Source of the DNA: an uncultured Acidobacteriota bacterium
GTDB lineage: Bacteria > Acidobacteriota > Vicinamibacteria > Fen-336
Direction of reading: 5' to 3'
Assembly (NCBI GenBank): GCA_963720545.1
Contig: OY970399.1
Span: 160,001 to 224,000, forward strand
Length of the DNA stretch: 64,000 nucleotides
A program made the position numbers and the translations under genes. Within the stretch, counting starts at the first letter, position 1. Every line of letters begins with the position of its first letter. Below are positions 9,379 through 21,111 of the stretch, piece by piece. The notes beneath the pieces were generated by a model, which did not search any database, was not told where the DNA came from, and saw only the letters and a list, made by a program, of their open reading frames with translations.

Positions 9379-10421
9379 GCCGCCCGCAGCGCGTCCTGGT
9401 CGTCACTTCCGGGGCGCTCTTCGTGCACGGCGGCCACATGGTGATCGCCGAGGAGACGGTGGCGGCGCTGCGCCGCGAAGGCTTCACGGCCGAGGTGTTC
9501 GTGACGCCGCAAAACCGCTTCGGAAGGCAGCTCAGCGCCTACGCCGCCACCTGGCTCACCGACGTGGGCGAGACCGCCGACGGCAAGCCGGTGGACCAGG
9601 TGATCTCGTTCCGCTTCCCGTCCTACGCGGTGCGCCATCCGCACCACGTCTGCTGGCTCAATCACCGCATGCGCGAGTACTACGACTTGTGGGAGCGCTT
9701 CACCCGCGGGCTCGGGCGCAAGGGCCGCCTCAAGGAAGGCGTCCGCCGCCAGGTGTTCCACGCGCTCGACCGGCGCCTGCTGACGCGCCGCGGCTTTCGA
9801 CTCGTGGCCCAGTCGCAGACGATCAAGGCGCGCCTGCAACGGTTCGGCGGCATCGGCGCGAGCGTTCTCTACCCGCCGGCGCCGGAGCGGCCGTACCGCA
9901 CCGACGGCTACGGCGACTACGTGTTCGCGGTGTCGCGCCTGCACCCGTTGAAGCGCCTCGACCTGCTCGTGGAGGCGGCGGCGCTCATGCGCAACGACCG
10001 GCTGGCGGTGAAGATCGCGGGCGAAGGCGAGGCGGCCGATGCCCTGCACGCGCGGGTTCGCGAGCTCGGCCTCGAGGGCCGCGTGCAGCTGCTGGGCCAC
10101 GTGGACGATGCCGCGCTGGTCGCGCATTACGCGGCCTGCCGCGGCGTCTTCTTCGCGCCGTGGAACGAAGACTACGGCTTCGTGACCCTCGAGGCGTTCC
10201 GCTCGGGCAAGGCCGTCATCACCGCGCACGACAGCGGCGGACCGGCGGAGCTGGTGCGCGACGGCGAGAACGGCCTGGTGGCGGAGCCGACGGCTGTGGC
10301 CATCGCCGCGCAGCTCGATGCGCTCGCCGATGCCGGCCGTGCCGAGGCGCTGGGCCAGGCTGCCTTGCGCGACGCGGCCGCGCACACCTGGCCGCGGGCA
10401 ATCGCCGAACTGACTCGCTAG
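9375..10421 (+). CDS. GT4 glycosyltransferase
   Basis: ATGA overlap; SRLHPLKR and EDYGFVTLEAF motifs. Confidence 0.9.
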   Translation: MSRPQRVLVVTSGALFVHGGHMVIAEETVAALRREGFTAEVFVTPQNRFGRQLSAYAATWLTDVGETADGKPVDQVISFRFPSYAVRHPHHVCWLNHRMREYYDLWERFTRGLGRKGRLKEGVRRQVFHALDRRLLTRRGFRLVAQSQTIKARLQRFGGIGASVLYPPAPERPYRTDGYGDYVFAVSRLHPLKRLDLLVEAAALMRNDRLAVKIAGEGEAADALHARVRELGLEGRVQLLGHVDDAALVAHYAACRGVFFAPWNEDYGFVTLEAFRSGKAVITAHDSGGPAELVRDGENGLVAEPTAVAIAAQLDALADAGRAEALGQAALRDAAAHTWPRAIAELTR

Positions 10422-10474
10422 GCGCAGCCCTGTTTCCCTGAAGCCCGCCGTGTCGCTCACTGGGTGCGAGGGGT

Positions 10475-12565
10475 CTAGTGCCCCGACAGTTCTTCGTAGA
10501 CCGTCGTCGCGCCGTAGATCTTGGTCAGAACCTCCTTGAGGAAGGCGGGGTGCACCGAGATCATCCGGTTGCGCTCGGCGTCGAACCAGTAGGTGCCGGA
10601 GTTGGTGTGGATGTTGCCGTCGAACGCGATGCCCACCACTGCGCCGCTGCCGTTCACCACCGGGCTGCCGGAGTTGCCGCCGATGATGTCGTTGTCCGAG
10701 GCGAAGTTGACGAGCGTCGCCATGTCGAGCCGGTCTTTCGCCGCGAGCCAGCGCTTCGGCAGCGCGAATGGGGCGAAGCCGGTGGCGCGCTCGAACATCC
10801 GCCCCAGGCGCGTGAACGGCTCGCGGGTGGCCGCGCTCTCGTTCCAGCCGCGCACGCTTCCGTAATTGAGGCGCAGCGTGTAGGTGGCGTCCGGGTAGAC
10901 GCGCGTCCCGTAGACCGCGAAGCGCGCCCGCGCCAGCCGCTCCGACGCCTTGCGCAGGGGTGCTTCGACCTCGTCGTCAAAAGCCGTGCGCAGCGGCCGC
11001 GCCTGCGATTCCAGGTCGCGCACCAGCTGGATCAGCGGATCCTGGGAGGCCTGCACGGCGGCACGGCCTTCCTTCCACAGCGTGCGCCGCACCTCGACGT
11101 CCGCGAGGCTGCTCTTCTCGACGAGGCGCGCGGCCAGCGCGTCGGGCGACTCCTTCACCAGCAGCTGCCTCACGATCGGCGCATCCGGCCCGAGCCATTC
11201 GCGCATGCGCTCGAGGCCGAAGGTCATCGTCAACCGTTCCACTTCGGGATAGACGGGTGCCGGCGTCAGCAGCAGCTGCTCGACGCGCGCGAGGCGCGTG
11301 TCCGTGAACTCGCGCAGCCGCTCGTTGTTCGGCTTGTCGCGCTCCGCGGTGCCGCGCACCAGCGTCTTGGCCCAGCGGTAGAGCTGTGAGTCGAAGCCCG
11401 AGCCTTCCTCGATGAAGGTGTACGGATAGAACATCTGGCGCATGCGCGCCTCGGCGGCGTCGATCTCGCGCCACGGGTCGCCGGTGCGCGCGTGCAGGGT
11501 CTTGTCGGCTTTCACCCGCGAGCGCAGCTCGGCCTCGCGCCGCTTCTTCTCGGCCATCAATGGGCCTTCGAGCAGCGCGTCGAGCTGCCTGCGGCGCACC
11601 TTCATGAGGTTCTCCAGGCGGTTGATCGAAGGTGCCGTGATGCGCGCGTTGGTCGCCGACTCCTTGGCGAACTGCAGGTAGCGGCCGCGCAGCTCGTAGC
11701 CGCGCAACAAGGTGAACGGCAGGGTGGTGGTGCGCACGGTGTCGAGTTCGCCGACCGTGAAGAGGCGGCTGGTCTTGCCGGGGTGCCCGGAAACGAAGAC
11801 CGCATCGCCCGGCTTCGGTCCCGCGAAGTCGATGCTGAGATGGTTCGGCGTGCGCGCCGGCTTGCCGTCTTCCCAGGCGCGCAGGATGGCTATGTCGAAA
11901 GACCAGCGGGGGAACTGGAAGTTGTCGGGGTCGCCGCCGAACGCCGCCACCGCCGCCTCGGGGACGAACACCGCGCGCACGTCGGAGTAGCGCTTGTACT
12001 TGTAGAGGAAATATTGGCCGCCCTCGTAGAGCGTGACGCTCTCGCAGCGCAGCCGCCCGAGCTTCGGGTCTGCCGCCGCCGCGGCTTCGCACTCGCTCTC
12101 GAGGTCGGTGAGGAGCTTCCTGCGCTCGTCGTTCGCGCGCTTGTCGTCGAGGCTGCCGGTGCGCTTCGCGACCTTGGCCGTGATGTCTTCCGTGGCGATC
12201 AGCACGTCGGCGACCTGCGCCTTGCAGGCCAGTTCACGCGAGCGGTCGGGGGCGACGAAGCCGTCCTCGACGTAGCTTCGTTCCTTCGTCGAGTTCTGCT
12301 CCATGCACGGCTCGGCGCAGTGGTGGTTCGTAATCATCAAACCGTCCGCCGAGACGAAGACAGCGGTGCAGCCGGAAATCCGCGCGGTGGCGAGGCGCAC
12401 CTTGTCGAGCCACTGCGGCGTCACGGAAACGCCGTACTTCGCCTTAACCTTGGCGGCGGGGAAGTTGTCGAAGGTGTACATCCCCTCGTCGGCGAAGGCA
12501 GGGGCGGATGCGAGGGCTGTGGCGAGGCAGAGTGACATGGCCCACGCCAGGGTCCTGGTGGTCAG
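10475..12565 (-). CDS. S46 dipeptidyl peptidase (DPP7-like), secreted; probable CTG start at 12565 (alternative ATG 12538)
   Basis: DEGM mature N-terminus, TNHHC, GGDPDNF, DIIGGNSGSP; FDGN has Gly at the S1 position as in DPP7. Confidence 0.9.
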   Translation of the reverse strand: MTTRTLAWAMSLCLATALASAPAFADEGMYTFDNFPAAKVKAKYGVSVTPQWLDKVRLATARISGCTAVFVSADGLMITNHHCAEPCMEQNSTKERSYVEDGFVAPDRSRELACKAQVADVLIATEDITAKVAKRTGSLDDKRANDERRKLLTDLESECEAAAAADPKLGRLRCESVTLYEGGQYFLYKYKRYSDVRAVFVPEAAVAAFGGDPDNFQFPRWSFDIAILRAWEDGKPARTPNHLSIDFAGPKPGDAVFVSGHPGKTSRLFTVGELDTVRTTTLPFTLLRGYELRGRYLQFAKESATNARITAPSINRLENLMKVRRRQLDALLEGPLMAEKKRREAELRSRVKADKTLHARTGDPWREIDAAEARMRQMFYPYTFIEEGSGFDSQLYRWAKTLVRGTAERDKPNNERLREFTDTRLARVEQLLLTPAPVYPEVERLTMTFGLERMREWLGPDAPIVRQLLVKESPDALAARLVEKSSLADVEVRRTLWKEGRAAVQASQDPLIQLVRDLESQARPLRTAFDDEVEAPLRKASERLARARFAVYGTRVYPDATYTLRLNYGSVRGWNESAATREPFTRLGRMFERATGFAPFALPKRWLAAKDRLDMATLVNFASDNDIIGGNSGSPVVNGSGAVVGIAFDGNIHTNSGTYWFDAERNRMISVHPAFLKEVLTKIYGATTVYEELSGH

Positions 12566-12678
12566 CGAAACCTCCCGGGTTTCCGGTGTAAATTCATGCT
12601 GCTGAATCAGGTGCGACGAACGGCCGCCTATTATCGCCAACTTTCCGTTCCGTCGGACTTCCTTCTACAATCGCCCCA

Positions 12679-14301
<1,623 letters not shown>

Positions 14302-14322
14302 GGCGGGAAGAGGCCGAAGCAG

Positions 14323-14721
14323 ATGAGCGCCGCCGAGACGAAAACGAAGATCCGCGTCCTGATCGCGAAACCCGGGCTCGACGGTCACGACCGCGGCGCC
14401 AAGGTGGTGGCGCGCGCGCTGCGCGATGCCGGCATGGAGGTGGTCTACACCGGGCTGCGCCAGAGCCCCGAACAGATCGCCGCCGCCGCCGCGCAGGAGG
14501 ACGTGGACGCCGTCGGCCTCTCGATCCTGTCGGGTGCCCACCTGCCGATCTGCCGGCGGGTGCTGGAACTGCTGCACGAAAAAGGGATGGATGACGTGCG
14601 GGTGTTCGTCGGGGGTATCATCCCTGCCCAGGACATCCCGGAGTTGAAGAAGATCGGCGTCGCGGAGGTTTTCCTCCCCGGAGCCTCGACCCAGGACATC
14701 GTTCGCCTCATCAGGGAGTGA
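14323..14721 (+). CDS. icmB: Cobalamin-binding small subunit of acyl-CoA mutase
   Basis: [10 protein letters not shown] (DxHxxG), SILSG and GGIIP motifs. Confidence 0.85.
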   Translation: MSAAETKTKIRVLIAKPGLDGHDRGAKVVARALRDAGMEVVYTGLRQSPEQIAAAAAQEDVDAVGLSILSGAHLPICRRVLELLHEKGMDDVRVFVGGIIPAQDIPELKKIGVAEVFLPGASTQDIVRLIRE

Positions 14722-15656
14722 CCAGCACCCTCATGCCGAAGAAGATCCTGCTCGCCGACGACAGCGTGACCATCCAGAAGGTCGTGGAGCTGACCCTCGC
14801 GGGCTCGGACTACGAGGTCGTGTGCGTCGGCAACGGCGACGCGGCCCTGCAGCGCATTCGCGAATTTCAACCCGACCTGCTGCTGTGCGACATCATGATG
14901 CCGGGCAAGGACGGCTACGAGGTGTGCGAGGCGGTGAAGTCGGACCCCGCGGTGTCGCACATCCCGGTGCTGCTGCTGACCGGCGCCTTCGAGCCGTTCG
15001 ACGACGAGCGAGCGCGCCGCGTGCGCAGCGACGGCTTCCTGGCGAAGCCGTTCGAGCCGCAGGTGCTGCACGCACGCATCCTCGACATGCTGGCGGCTGC
15101 CGGCGGCGCCGACGCGGGCCGTGCACACGCCGCCTCTGGCGAAGCCCCCGATTTCACCAGCGCCTTTCACGACGACGACTGGGTGAAGCAGCCGCTCACC
15201 GGCCAGGTGTCGGTGCCGCCAATGATGGACGAGCGCCAGGGGCCCGCCGGCGTGGGCGGGGACGTCATCGACAGCGGCGAATACCAGTCGCTCGACGACC
15301 TGATGCCGCCGGACGAGGATGCCGAGGCCGGGGCGGCGCACGGCGCCGGCGGCGACGGTGTGCCGCCGGAAGTGTGGCGGCGCACCACGATGGAACTGAC
15401 GCGCGACGAGATGCGCAACGCGCTGCTCTCGCCGAACATGGGCGAGTACGCGGACGCGCAAGGCAACGTCGATCCCGACGTGCTCGCCGACCTGCTGCTG
15501 TCCGAGGAAGTGGTGGAGCGAATCGCGCGCCGCGTGGCCGACATCATCGGCGACCGCATCGTCCGCGAGGTCGCCTGGGAAGTCGTGCCGGAGCTTGCCG
15601 AAGCGCTCATCAAGCAGGAGATCGAGCGGCTCAAGGACGAGCTGCGGAACGCCTGA
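14718..15656 (+). CDS. RomR-like response regulator (receiver, acidic low-complexity linker, RomR-type C-terminal helix); ATG at 14733 is an alternative start
   Basis: [17 protein letters not shown]...[13 protein letters not shown]...GAFEPFD; C-terminal [25 protein letters not shown]; directly upstream of valS. Confidence 0.8.
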   Translation: MTSTLMPKKILLADDSVTIQKVVELTLAGSDYEVVCVGNGDAALQRIREFQPDLLLCDIMMPGKDGYEVCEAVKSDPAVSHIPVLLLTGAFEPFDDERARRVRSDGFLAKPFEPQVLHARILDMLAAAGGADAGRAHAASGEAPDFTSAFHDDDWVKQPLTGQVSVPPMMDERQGPAGVGGDVIDSGEYQSLDDLMPPDEDAEAGAAHGAGGDGVPPEVWRRTTMELTRDEMRNALLSPNMGEYADAQGNVDPDVLADLLLSEEVVERIARRVADIIGDRIVREVAWEVVPELAEALIKQEIERLKDELRNA

Positions 15657-15662
15657 CGCTGA

Positions 15663-18314
15663 ATGCCCAGAGGCATCGATACCTCAAAGCTCCCCCCGCA
15701 TTTCGATTCGCGTGAAGCCGAAGAGCGCTGGGGCAGACTGTGGGAAGAGCACGGCACCAACCGCTTCGATCCGCACGCGGCCAGGGCGCGCTTTTCGATA
15801 GACACGCCGCCGCCGACCGTCTCCGGTTCGCTGCACGTCGGCCACGTCTTCAGCTACACGCAGACGGACGCGCTGGCGCGCTTCTGGCGGATGCGCGGCC
15901 GCAACGTGCTCTACCCGATGGGCTGGGACGACAACGGCCTGCCCACCGAACGCCGCGTGCAGAACTATTACCACGTGCGCGCCGAGCCGGGCGTGCCTTA
16001 CGAGCCCGGCCTGCAGCTCGAACAGTCGGACGACGCGCAACGCAAGCAGCCGGCGCGCAAGATCTCGCGCGCCAACTTCATCGAGCTGTGCCTCGAACTG
16101 ACCCGCGAGGACGAGCAGGCGTTCAAGGCGCTGTTCCAGCGGCTCGGCCTGTCGGTCGACTGGCGCCTCGAATACTCGACGATCTCCGACCATAGCCGCC
16201 GCATCGCGCAGCAGAGCTTCCTCGACCTGCTGCAGAAGGGCGAGGTCTACTCGCTCGAGGCGCCGACCATGTGGGACGTGGACTTCCGCACCGCGGTGGC
16301 GCAGGCGGAGGTCGAGGACCGGCCGGTGAAAGGCGCGTTCCACAAGATCCGCTTCGGCGTCGCCGGCGGCGATGAATCGTTCGTCATCGCCACCACGCGG
16401 CCGGAGCTGCTGCCCGCGTGCGTCGGCGTCGCCGCGCATCCCGACGACCCGCGGTTTGCGAACTTCATCGGCCGGCGCGCCGTGACGCCGCTGTTCCATG
16501 CGAGCGTCCCGATCTTCGCGAGCGAGCTGGTCGAGAAGGACAAGGGCACCGGCATCCTCATGGTGTGCACCTTTGGCGACGCCACCGACGTCACCTGGTG
16601 GCGCGAGCAGCAGCTGGCCCTGCGCCAGATCATCGGCCGCGACGGCCGCCTCGCGAGCGTCGACTTCAAGGGTGCGCCGTACGAGAGCCTGCGCCCCGAC
16701 GAGGCGAACGCGCGCTACCAGCAGCTCGCCGGGCGCACGGTGAAGGACGCGCAGCGTGCCATCGTCGAGATGCTGCGCGATCCCGCGGGCGATGCGACGG
16801 GCCGCGGCGAGGCGCCGCTGCAGGGCGAGCCCGAGCCGACGACGCACGCGGTCAAGTACTTCGAGAAGGGCGACCGCCCGCTCGAGTACATCACCACGCG
16901 CCAGTGGTTCGCGCGCATCCTCGACCACAAGCAGGAGTTGGTGGCCGCGGGCGAGCAGATCGTCTGGCACCCCGACTTCATGCGCACGCGCTTTCGCAAC
17001 TGGACGGAGAACCTGCAGATCGACTGGTGCGTGAGCCGGCAGCGCTTTTTCGGCGTGCCGTTTCCGATGTGGTACGCGCTCGACGCCGAGGGCCGTGCCG
17101 ACTTCGGCAAGCCGCTGACGGCCGCCGACGAACAGCTGCCGGTCGATCCCACCATTGCAGCGCCGCCGGGCTACCAGGAGTCGCAGCGCGATGCCGCGCA
17201 CGGGTTCCGCGCGGAGAGCGACGTCTTCGACACCTGGTTCACGAGCTCCATGTCGCCGCAGATCGTCACCGGCTGGCACGCCAACAAGGAGCTGCACGCG
17301 CGCATGTTCCCGATGGACCTGCGGCCGCAGAGCCACGAGATCATCCGTACCTGGGCCTTCTACACGATCGTCAAGTCGCTGCTGCACGAAGGCACAATTC
17401 CGTGGCGGGAGGCGGCCATCTCCGGCTGGGTGCTCGACCCCGACCGCAAGAAAATGTCGAAGAGCAAGGGCAACGTGATGACGCCGGTAGGGCTGCTCGA
17501 CCAGTTCGGCGCCGACGCGGTGCGCTACTGGTCGCTGTCGGCGAAGCTCGGCGTGGACACCACCTTCGACGAGAAGGTCCTGAAGGTCGGCCGCCGGCTG
17601 GTCACCAAGTTGTTCAACGCCGCGAAGTACGTCCTTGGCCAGGACGCGCCGGGCGACGCGATTACGCATTCGGTCGACAAAGGCTTCATGCGGCGGCTCG
17701 GCGAGGTGGCCCGCGAGGCGACGGCGGCGTTCGAGGAACAGGACTACGCCACCGCGCTCGGCGTGACGGAGCGCTTCTTCTGGAGCCGCTTCACCGATGC
17801 CTATCTCGAGATCGTGAAGGCGCGAGCGCGCTCGGAAACGGATGCCGCGGGCCGCACCTCCGCCGTTGCGGCACTGCACCAGTCGCTCGGCGTCTTCCTG
17901 CGGCTCTTTGCGCCGTTCCTGCCCTACGTGGCGGAGGAAGCGTGGTCGTGGACGCATGGCGAAGGCGTCGCGCGCAGCATCCATCGCGCGGCGTGGCCGG
18001 AAGACGCGGAGTTCGCCGCGGTGGGCGGGTCCGAGGAAGACGCAGCCATTTTCGACGCGGCCGCGTTGACGCTCGAGGCGATTCACCGCGCGAAAAGCGC
18101 CGCGGGCGCCACAGTGGGCCGGCACGTGGACCGGCTCGTGATCCGCGCGGGCGCCGAGGTGGAAAAGGCGGTGCGGGTGTGCCTGCCCGACGTGCTCGCA
18201 GCGGCGCGGGTCCAGGACCATGCCGTCGAGGTGATCGCCGGCGGCGGCATCGAAGTCGCAGACATGGAGCTCGCCGAGGCTGCACCCGGCGAGCCCGCGC
18301 CGCCCCCGGCCTGA
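15663..18314 (+). CDS. valS: Valine--tRNA ligase, type 2 (short, actinobacterial/archaeal-like)
   Basis: IDTPPPTVSGSLHVGH, GWDDNGLPTER, DWCVSRQR and KMSKS; no long C-terminal coiled coil. Confidence 0.95.
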   Translation: MPRGIDTSKLPPHFDSREAEERWGRLWEEHGTNRFDPHAARARFSIDTPPPTVSGSLHVGHVFSYTQTDALARFWRMRGRNVLYPMGWDDNGLPTERRVQNYYHVRAEPGVPYEPGLQLEQSDDAQRKQPARKISRANFIELCLELTREDEQAFKALFQRLGLSVDWRLEYSTISDHSRRIAQQSFLDLLQKGEVYSLEAPTMWDVDFRTAVAQAEVEDRPVKGAFHKIRFGVAGGDESFVIATTRPELLPACVGVAAHPDDPRFANFIGRRAVTPLFHASVPIFASELVEKDKGTGILMVCTFGDATDVTWWREQQLALRQIIGRDGRLASVDFKGAPYESLRPDEANARYQQLAGRTVKDAQRAIVEMLRDPAGDATGRGEAPLQGEPEPTTHAVKYFEKGDRPLEYITTRQWFARILDHKQELVAAGEQIVWHPDFMRTRFRNWTENLQIDWCVSRQRFFGVPFPMWYALDAEGRADFGKPLTAADEQLPVDPTIAAPPGYQESQRDAAHGFRAESDVFDTWFTSSMSPQIVTGWHANKELHARMFPMDLRPQSHEIIRTWAFYTIVKSLLHEGTIPWREAAISGWVLDPDRKKMSKSKGNVMTPVGLLDQFGADAVRYWSLSAKLGVDTTFDEKVLKVGRRLVTKLFNAAKYVLGQDAPGDAITHSVDKGFMRRLGEVAREATAAFEEQDYATALGVTERFFWSRFTDAYLEIVKARARSETDAAGRTSAVAALHQSLGVFLRLFAPFLPYVAEEAWSWTHGEGVARSIHRAAWPEDAEFAAVGGSEEDAAIFDAAALTLEAIHRAKSAAGATVGRHVDRLVIRAGAEVEKAVRVCLPDVLAAARVQDHAVEVIAGGGIEVADMELAEAAPGEPAPPPA

Positions 18315-18320
18315 CGAGCG

Positions 18321-19124
18321 TTGGCTGACAAGGCCGCGCTGCTCGCTGCGGCGCTGCGCGAGTCGGGCGGCGACTGGCCCGCGCCCATCGAGCACCACGC
18401 CGAGATCGGCTCGACCAACGACCGGCTGCGGGTGATGGCGCGCGACGGCGCGCCGGAGTGGAGCGTGGTGTTCGCCGATTTGCAGACCGCCGGCCGCGGG
18501 CGCCACGGCAACGAGTGGCGCTCGGGCCCGGGCAACCTGTACCTGTCGGTCCTGCTGCGGCCCCGCATCGAGGCAAAGTGGCTGGGACTGGTGCCGCTCG
18601 CGGCTGGCCTGGCTGTCGCCAAGGCGGCGCGCGGCTTCGGCGCCGATGCGCGGCTCAAGTGGCCAAACGACGTCTGGGTGGACGAGCGGAAGCTGGCAGG
18701 GATCCTGGTCGAGGCGCATTCCACAACGAGGGGCGTCGAGGAAATGATCGTCGGGTGTGGAGTCAACGTGGCGAGCGCCCCGCAGGCGCCGCGCCGCAGC
18801 ACCGGGGCGGTGGCGCCGATCGCACTCTCGAGTGCACGCGGCGGGAAGCGCGCCGCCGACCCGGTTGCCGTCGGCGCATCCCTGTTGCGCCGGATGCAGG
18901 AAGCGCTGGCGCTGCTGCACCGCGACCCCGCTGCGCTGCGCGCCGAGTGGCGCCTGCTGTCGCTCCCATGGTGGGGGCGCGTCGTCGCGGTCGAGGCCGC
19001 GGACGGACCACTGCACGGCACGCTCCAGGATCTCGACGCAGGCGGCGGCCTGATCCTCGAGACCGACCAGGGCAGGAGCGTCACGGTCGTCTCGGGCGAA
19101 GTGCGCGCGGTGCGGCTCGGGTGA
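18321..19124 (+). CDS. birA: Biotin--protein ligase (no N-terminal HTH)
   Basis: GSTND, QTAGRGR, KWPNDV and KLAGIL motifs. Confidence 0.9.
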   Translation: MADKAALLAAALRESGGDWPAPIEHHAEIGSTNDRLRVMARDGAPEWSVVFADLQTAGRGRHGNEWRSGPGNLYLSVLLRPRIEAKWLGLVPLAAGLAVAKAARGFGADARLKWPNDVWVDERKLAGILVEAHSTTRGVEEMIVGCGVNVASAPQAPRRSTGAVAPIALSSARGGKRAADPVAVGASLLRRMQEALALLHRDPAALRAEWRLLSLPWWGRVVAVEAADGPLHGTLQDLDAGGGLILETDQGRSVTVVSGEVRAVRLG

Positions 19125-19753
19125 GCGAGTCCGCCTACTTCCGGGCGGTCGAGGAAGACTTCGTCAGCCGCCGCGGCGGTGTGCTGATGCTCTCGACCGC
19201 CGACTGGCACCTCATCTGGAAATGGCACCACGCCCGCGTCCCGCTGCGTGTGGTCCTGCGCGGCATCGCCGACGCCTTCGAGGCGCACGCGCATTCACTG
19301 CGCCGCAAGGAGCCCGTGCGCGGGCTGCGCTATTGCGCCGACGAAGTGGAGAAGGCGCGGGCACGGTGGCGGCGGGCTCTGGCTCTCGACCGGGCCGAGT
19401 CGCTGCAGGACCACGCGCACCTGAAGGGCCTCGCCGAGTCATGGCGCGCCGCCGCGCTGCCGGCTCAGCTTGAACCCGCGCGCGCCGCGCTCCTCACGGC
19501 ACTCGAAGCCGGGCCAGCCGCAGGCGAGGACCTGCAGGCCTGGCTGGTGCTGCGCGAAGGCGAGGCGCGGCACGCGGTTGCCGCGGTGGTGCCCGCCGCG
19601 GAACGCACCGCATTGCAGCGCGCCGCCGAAGCCGACATGGAGAAGTACCGCGGCCGCATGCCGCCGCGCACGTTCGAGCGCATCATCGAGGAAGGCGTCA
19701 CCCGGCGCCTGTTCGAGCGCTTCAAGCTGCCGCGGCCGAGCTTCATCGCGTGA
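19121..19753 (+). CDS. Conserved hypothetical protein, DnaD/DnaB-C-like helical N-terminus
   Basis: GTGA overlaps at both ends; YFRAVEEDFVSRRGGVLMLSTADWHLIWKW...VPLRVVLRGI. Confidence 0.6.
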   Translation: MSESAYFRAVEEDFVSRRGGVLMLSTADWHLIWKWHHARVPLRVVLRGIADAFEAHAHSLRRKEPVRGLRYCADEVEKARARWRRALALDRAESLQDHAHLKGLAESWRAAALPAQLEPARAALLTALEAGPAAGEDLQAWLVLREGEARHAVAAVVPAAERTALQRAAEADMEKYRGRMPPRTFERIIEEGVTRRLFERFKLPRPSFIA

Positions 19754-21057
19754 AGAAGGGCATCCGCAGCGACAAGGCGCGGCTCGTCGAGGTGGACATC
19801 GAGCGCGTCGTCTACGGCGGCGACGGCCTCGCGCGCCATGGCGGACAGGTGATCTTCGTGCCGCGCGGGCTGCCGGGCGAGCGGCTGCGCGCTCTGGTGG
19901 TGGAGGAAGGCAAGGGCTTCGCCCGCGGCCGTGCCGCCGAGTGGCTGACGCAGAGCCCTGAGCGGCGCACATCGCCCTGTCCGCTCTTTCCCCGCTGCGG
20001 CGGCTGCGCCCACCAGGACGTCGCCTACGAATTCCAGCTGCGCATCAAGGCCGACATCCTGCGCGAGACCCTGAAACGCGCGGGGGTCGTGCCTCCCGAG
20101 GACATCGCGGTGACCGGCTCCTCCGAGGCGGGCTGGCGGTCTCGGGCGCGCTTCCATGTGGAGGGACGCTTCGGCGACACCCGTCTCGGCCTCTACGCGC
20201 ACGGCTCGCACCGAGTCGTGGACATCGACTATTGCCTTCAGCTCTCCGCCCCGCTCAACGCCGCGGCGGGAGAGGCGCGGCGCTTGCTGCAGTCGCGTCC
20301 GGCGCTGGCCGCCGCCGCCACCGAGGTGCTGCTCGTGGAGGCGTACGACGGCAGCGCGCGCGTCGCCGTCTTCCGCCTGCGCTCGGCGGCGGACCGAGTC
20401 GAACCCGACCCCGTCGAGCCCGAGCCGCATTCCGTGCTGGCCGGCTTCGGCATCAGCGCGCCGGGCCCCGAAGGCGAGCGCTTCATCGGACTCTGGGGCG
20501 ACTGCGAAGTCCGCGTCGAGGTCGCCGGCCTCGAACTGCGCGCGCACGCCACGAGCTTCTTCCAGGCGAACCGTTTCGTCGTTCCGAGGCTCGTGGCGCA
20601 CGTCGCGAGCCTGGTGCCCGGGGGCGAGAGAATCGCCGACCTCTACGCGGGCATCGGCTTCTTCACGGCGGCGCTCGCCGCGCCGGCCGAACAGGTGGTT
20701 GCCGTGGAGGCGGCGCCATCGGCGGTGGCCGATGCGCGCGCCAACATCGCACGCCTGCGTCTCACCAATGTCGCGGTGCGCCGCTCCGACGTCGCGGCCT
20801 TCGTGCGCGACGGCCACGCTTCGGCTGCGACCACCATCATCCTCGATCCGCCGCGTACCGGTGCCGGCAAGGCGGTGATGGCCGGGCTGGGCGGCGGCAA
20901 GGCGCGTCGCATCGTCTACGTCTCGTGCGACCCGCCGACGCTCGCACGCGACCTGCGTGAGGCGGCCGCGCACGGCTTCGAGCTGCGCTCGCTGCACGCC
21001 TTCGACATGTTTCCGGACACCTCGCACCTCGAGTCGGTCGCGCTCCTCGAACGGTAA
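19750..21057 (+). CDS. rlmD: RlmD/TrmA-family RNA m5U methyltransferase with TRAM domain and Fe-S motif
   Basis: CPLFPRCGGC, SFFQAN, DLYAGIG, LDPPR, YVSCD and DMFP motifs. Confidence 0.85.
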   Translation: MKKGIRSDKARLVEVDIERVVYGGDGLARHGGQVIFVPRGLPGERLRALVVEEGKGFARGRAAEWLTQSPERRTSPCPLFPRCGGCAHQDVAYEFQLRIKADILRETLKRAGVVPPEDIAVTGSSEAGWRSRARFHVEGRFGDTRLGLYAHGSHRVVDIDYCLQLSAPLNAAAGEARRLLQSRPALAAAATEVLLVEAYDGSARVAVFRLRSAADRVEPDPVEPEPHSVLAGFGISAPGPEGERFIGLWGDCEVRVEVAGLELRAHATSFFQANRFVVPRLVAHVASLVPGGERIADLYAGIGFFTAALAAPAEQVVAVEAAPSAVADARANIARLRLTNVAVRRSDVAAFVRDGHASAATTIILDPPRTGAGKAVMAGLGGGKARRIVYVSCDPPTLARDLREAAAHGFELRSLHAFDMFPDTSHLESVALLER

Positions 21058-21111
21058 ATAAACCGACCCACGCCTGCCTGCAGCGCGGCCGCAGCCGCCT
21101 AGCGTCGTGCC

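Noticed and set aside
12566..12678. Cobalamin riboswitch upstream of the B12-dependent mutase
   Set aside because: No B12-box was seen, the region is short, and the gene appears leaderless.
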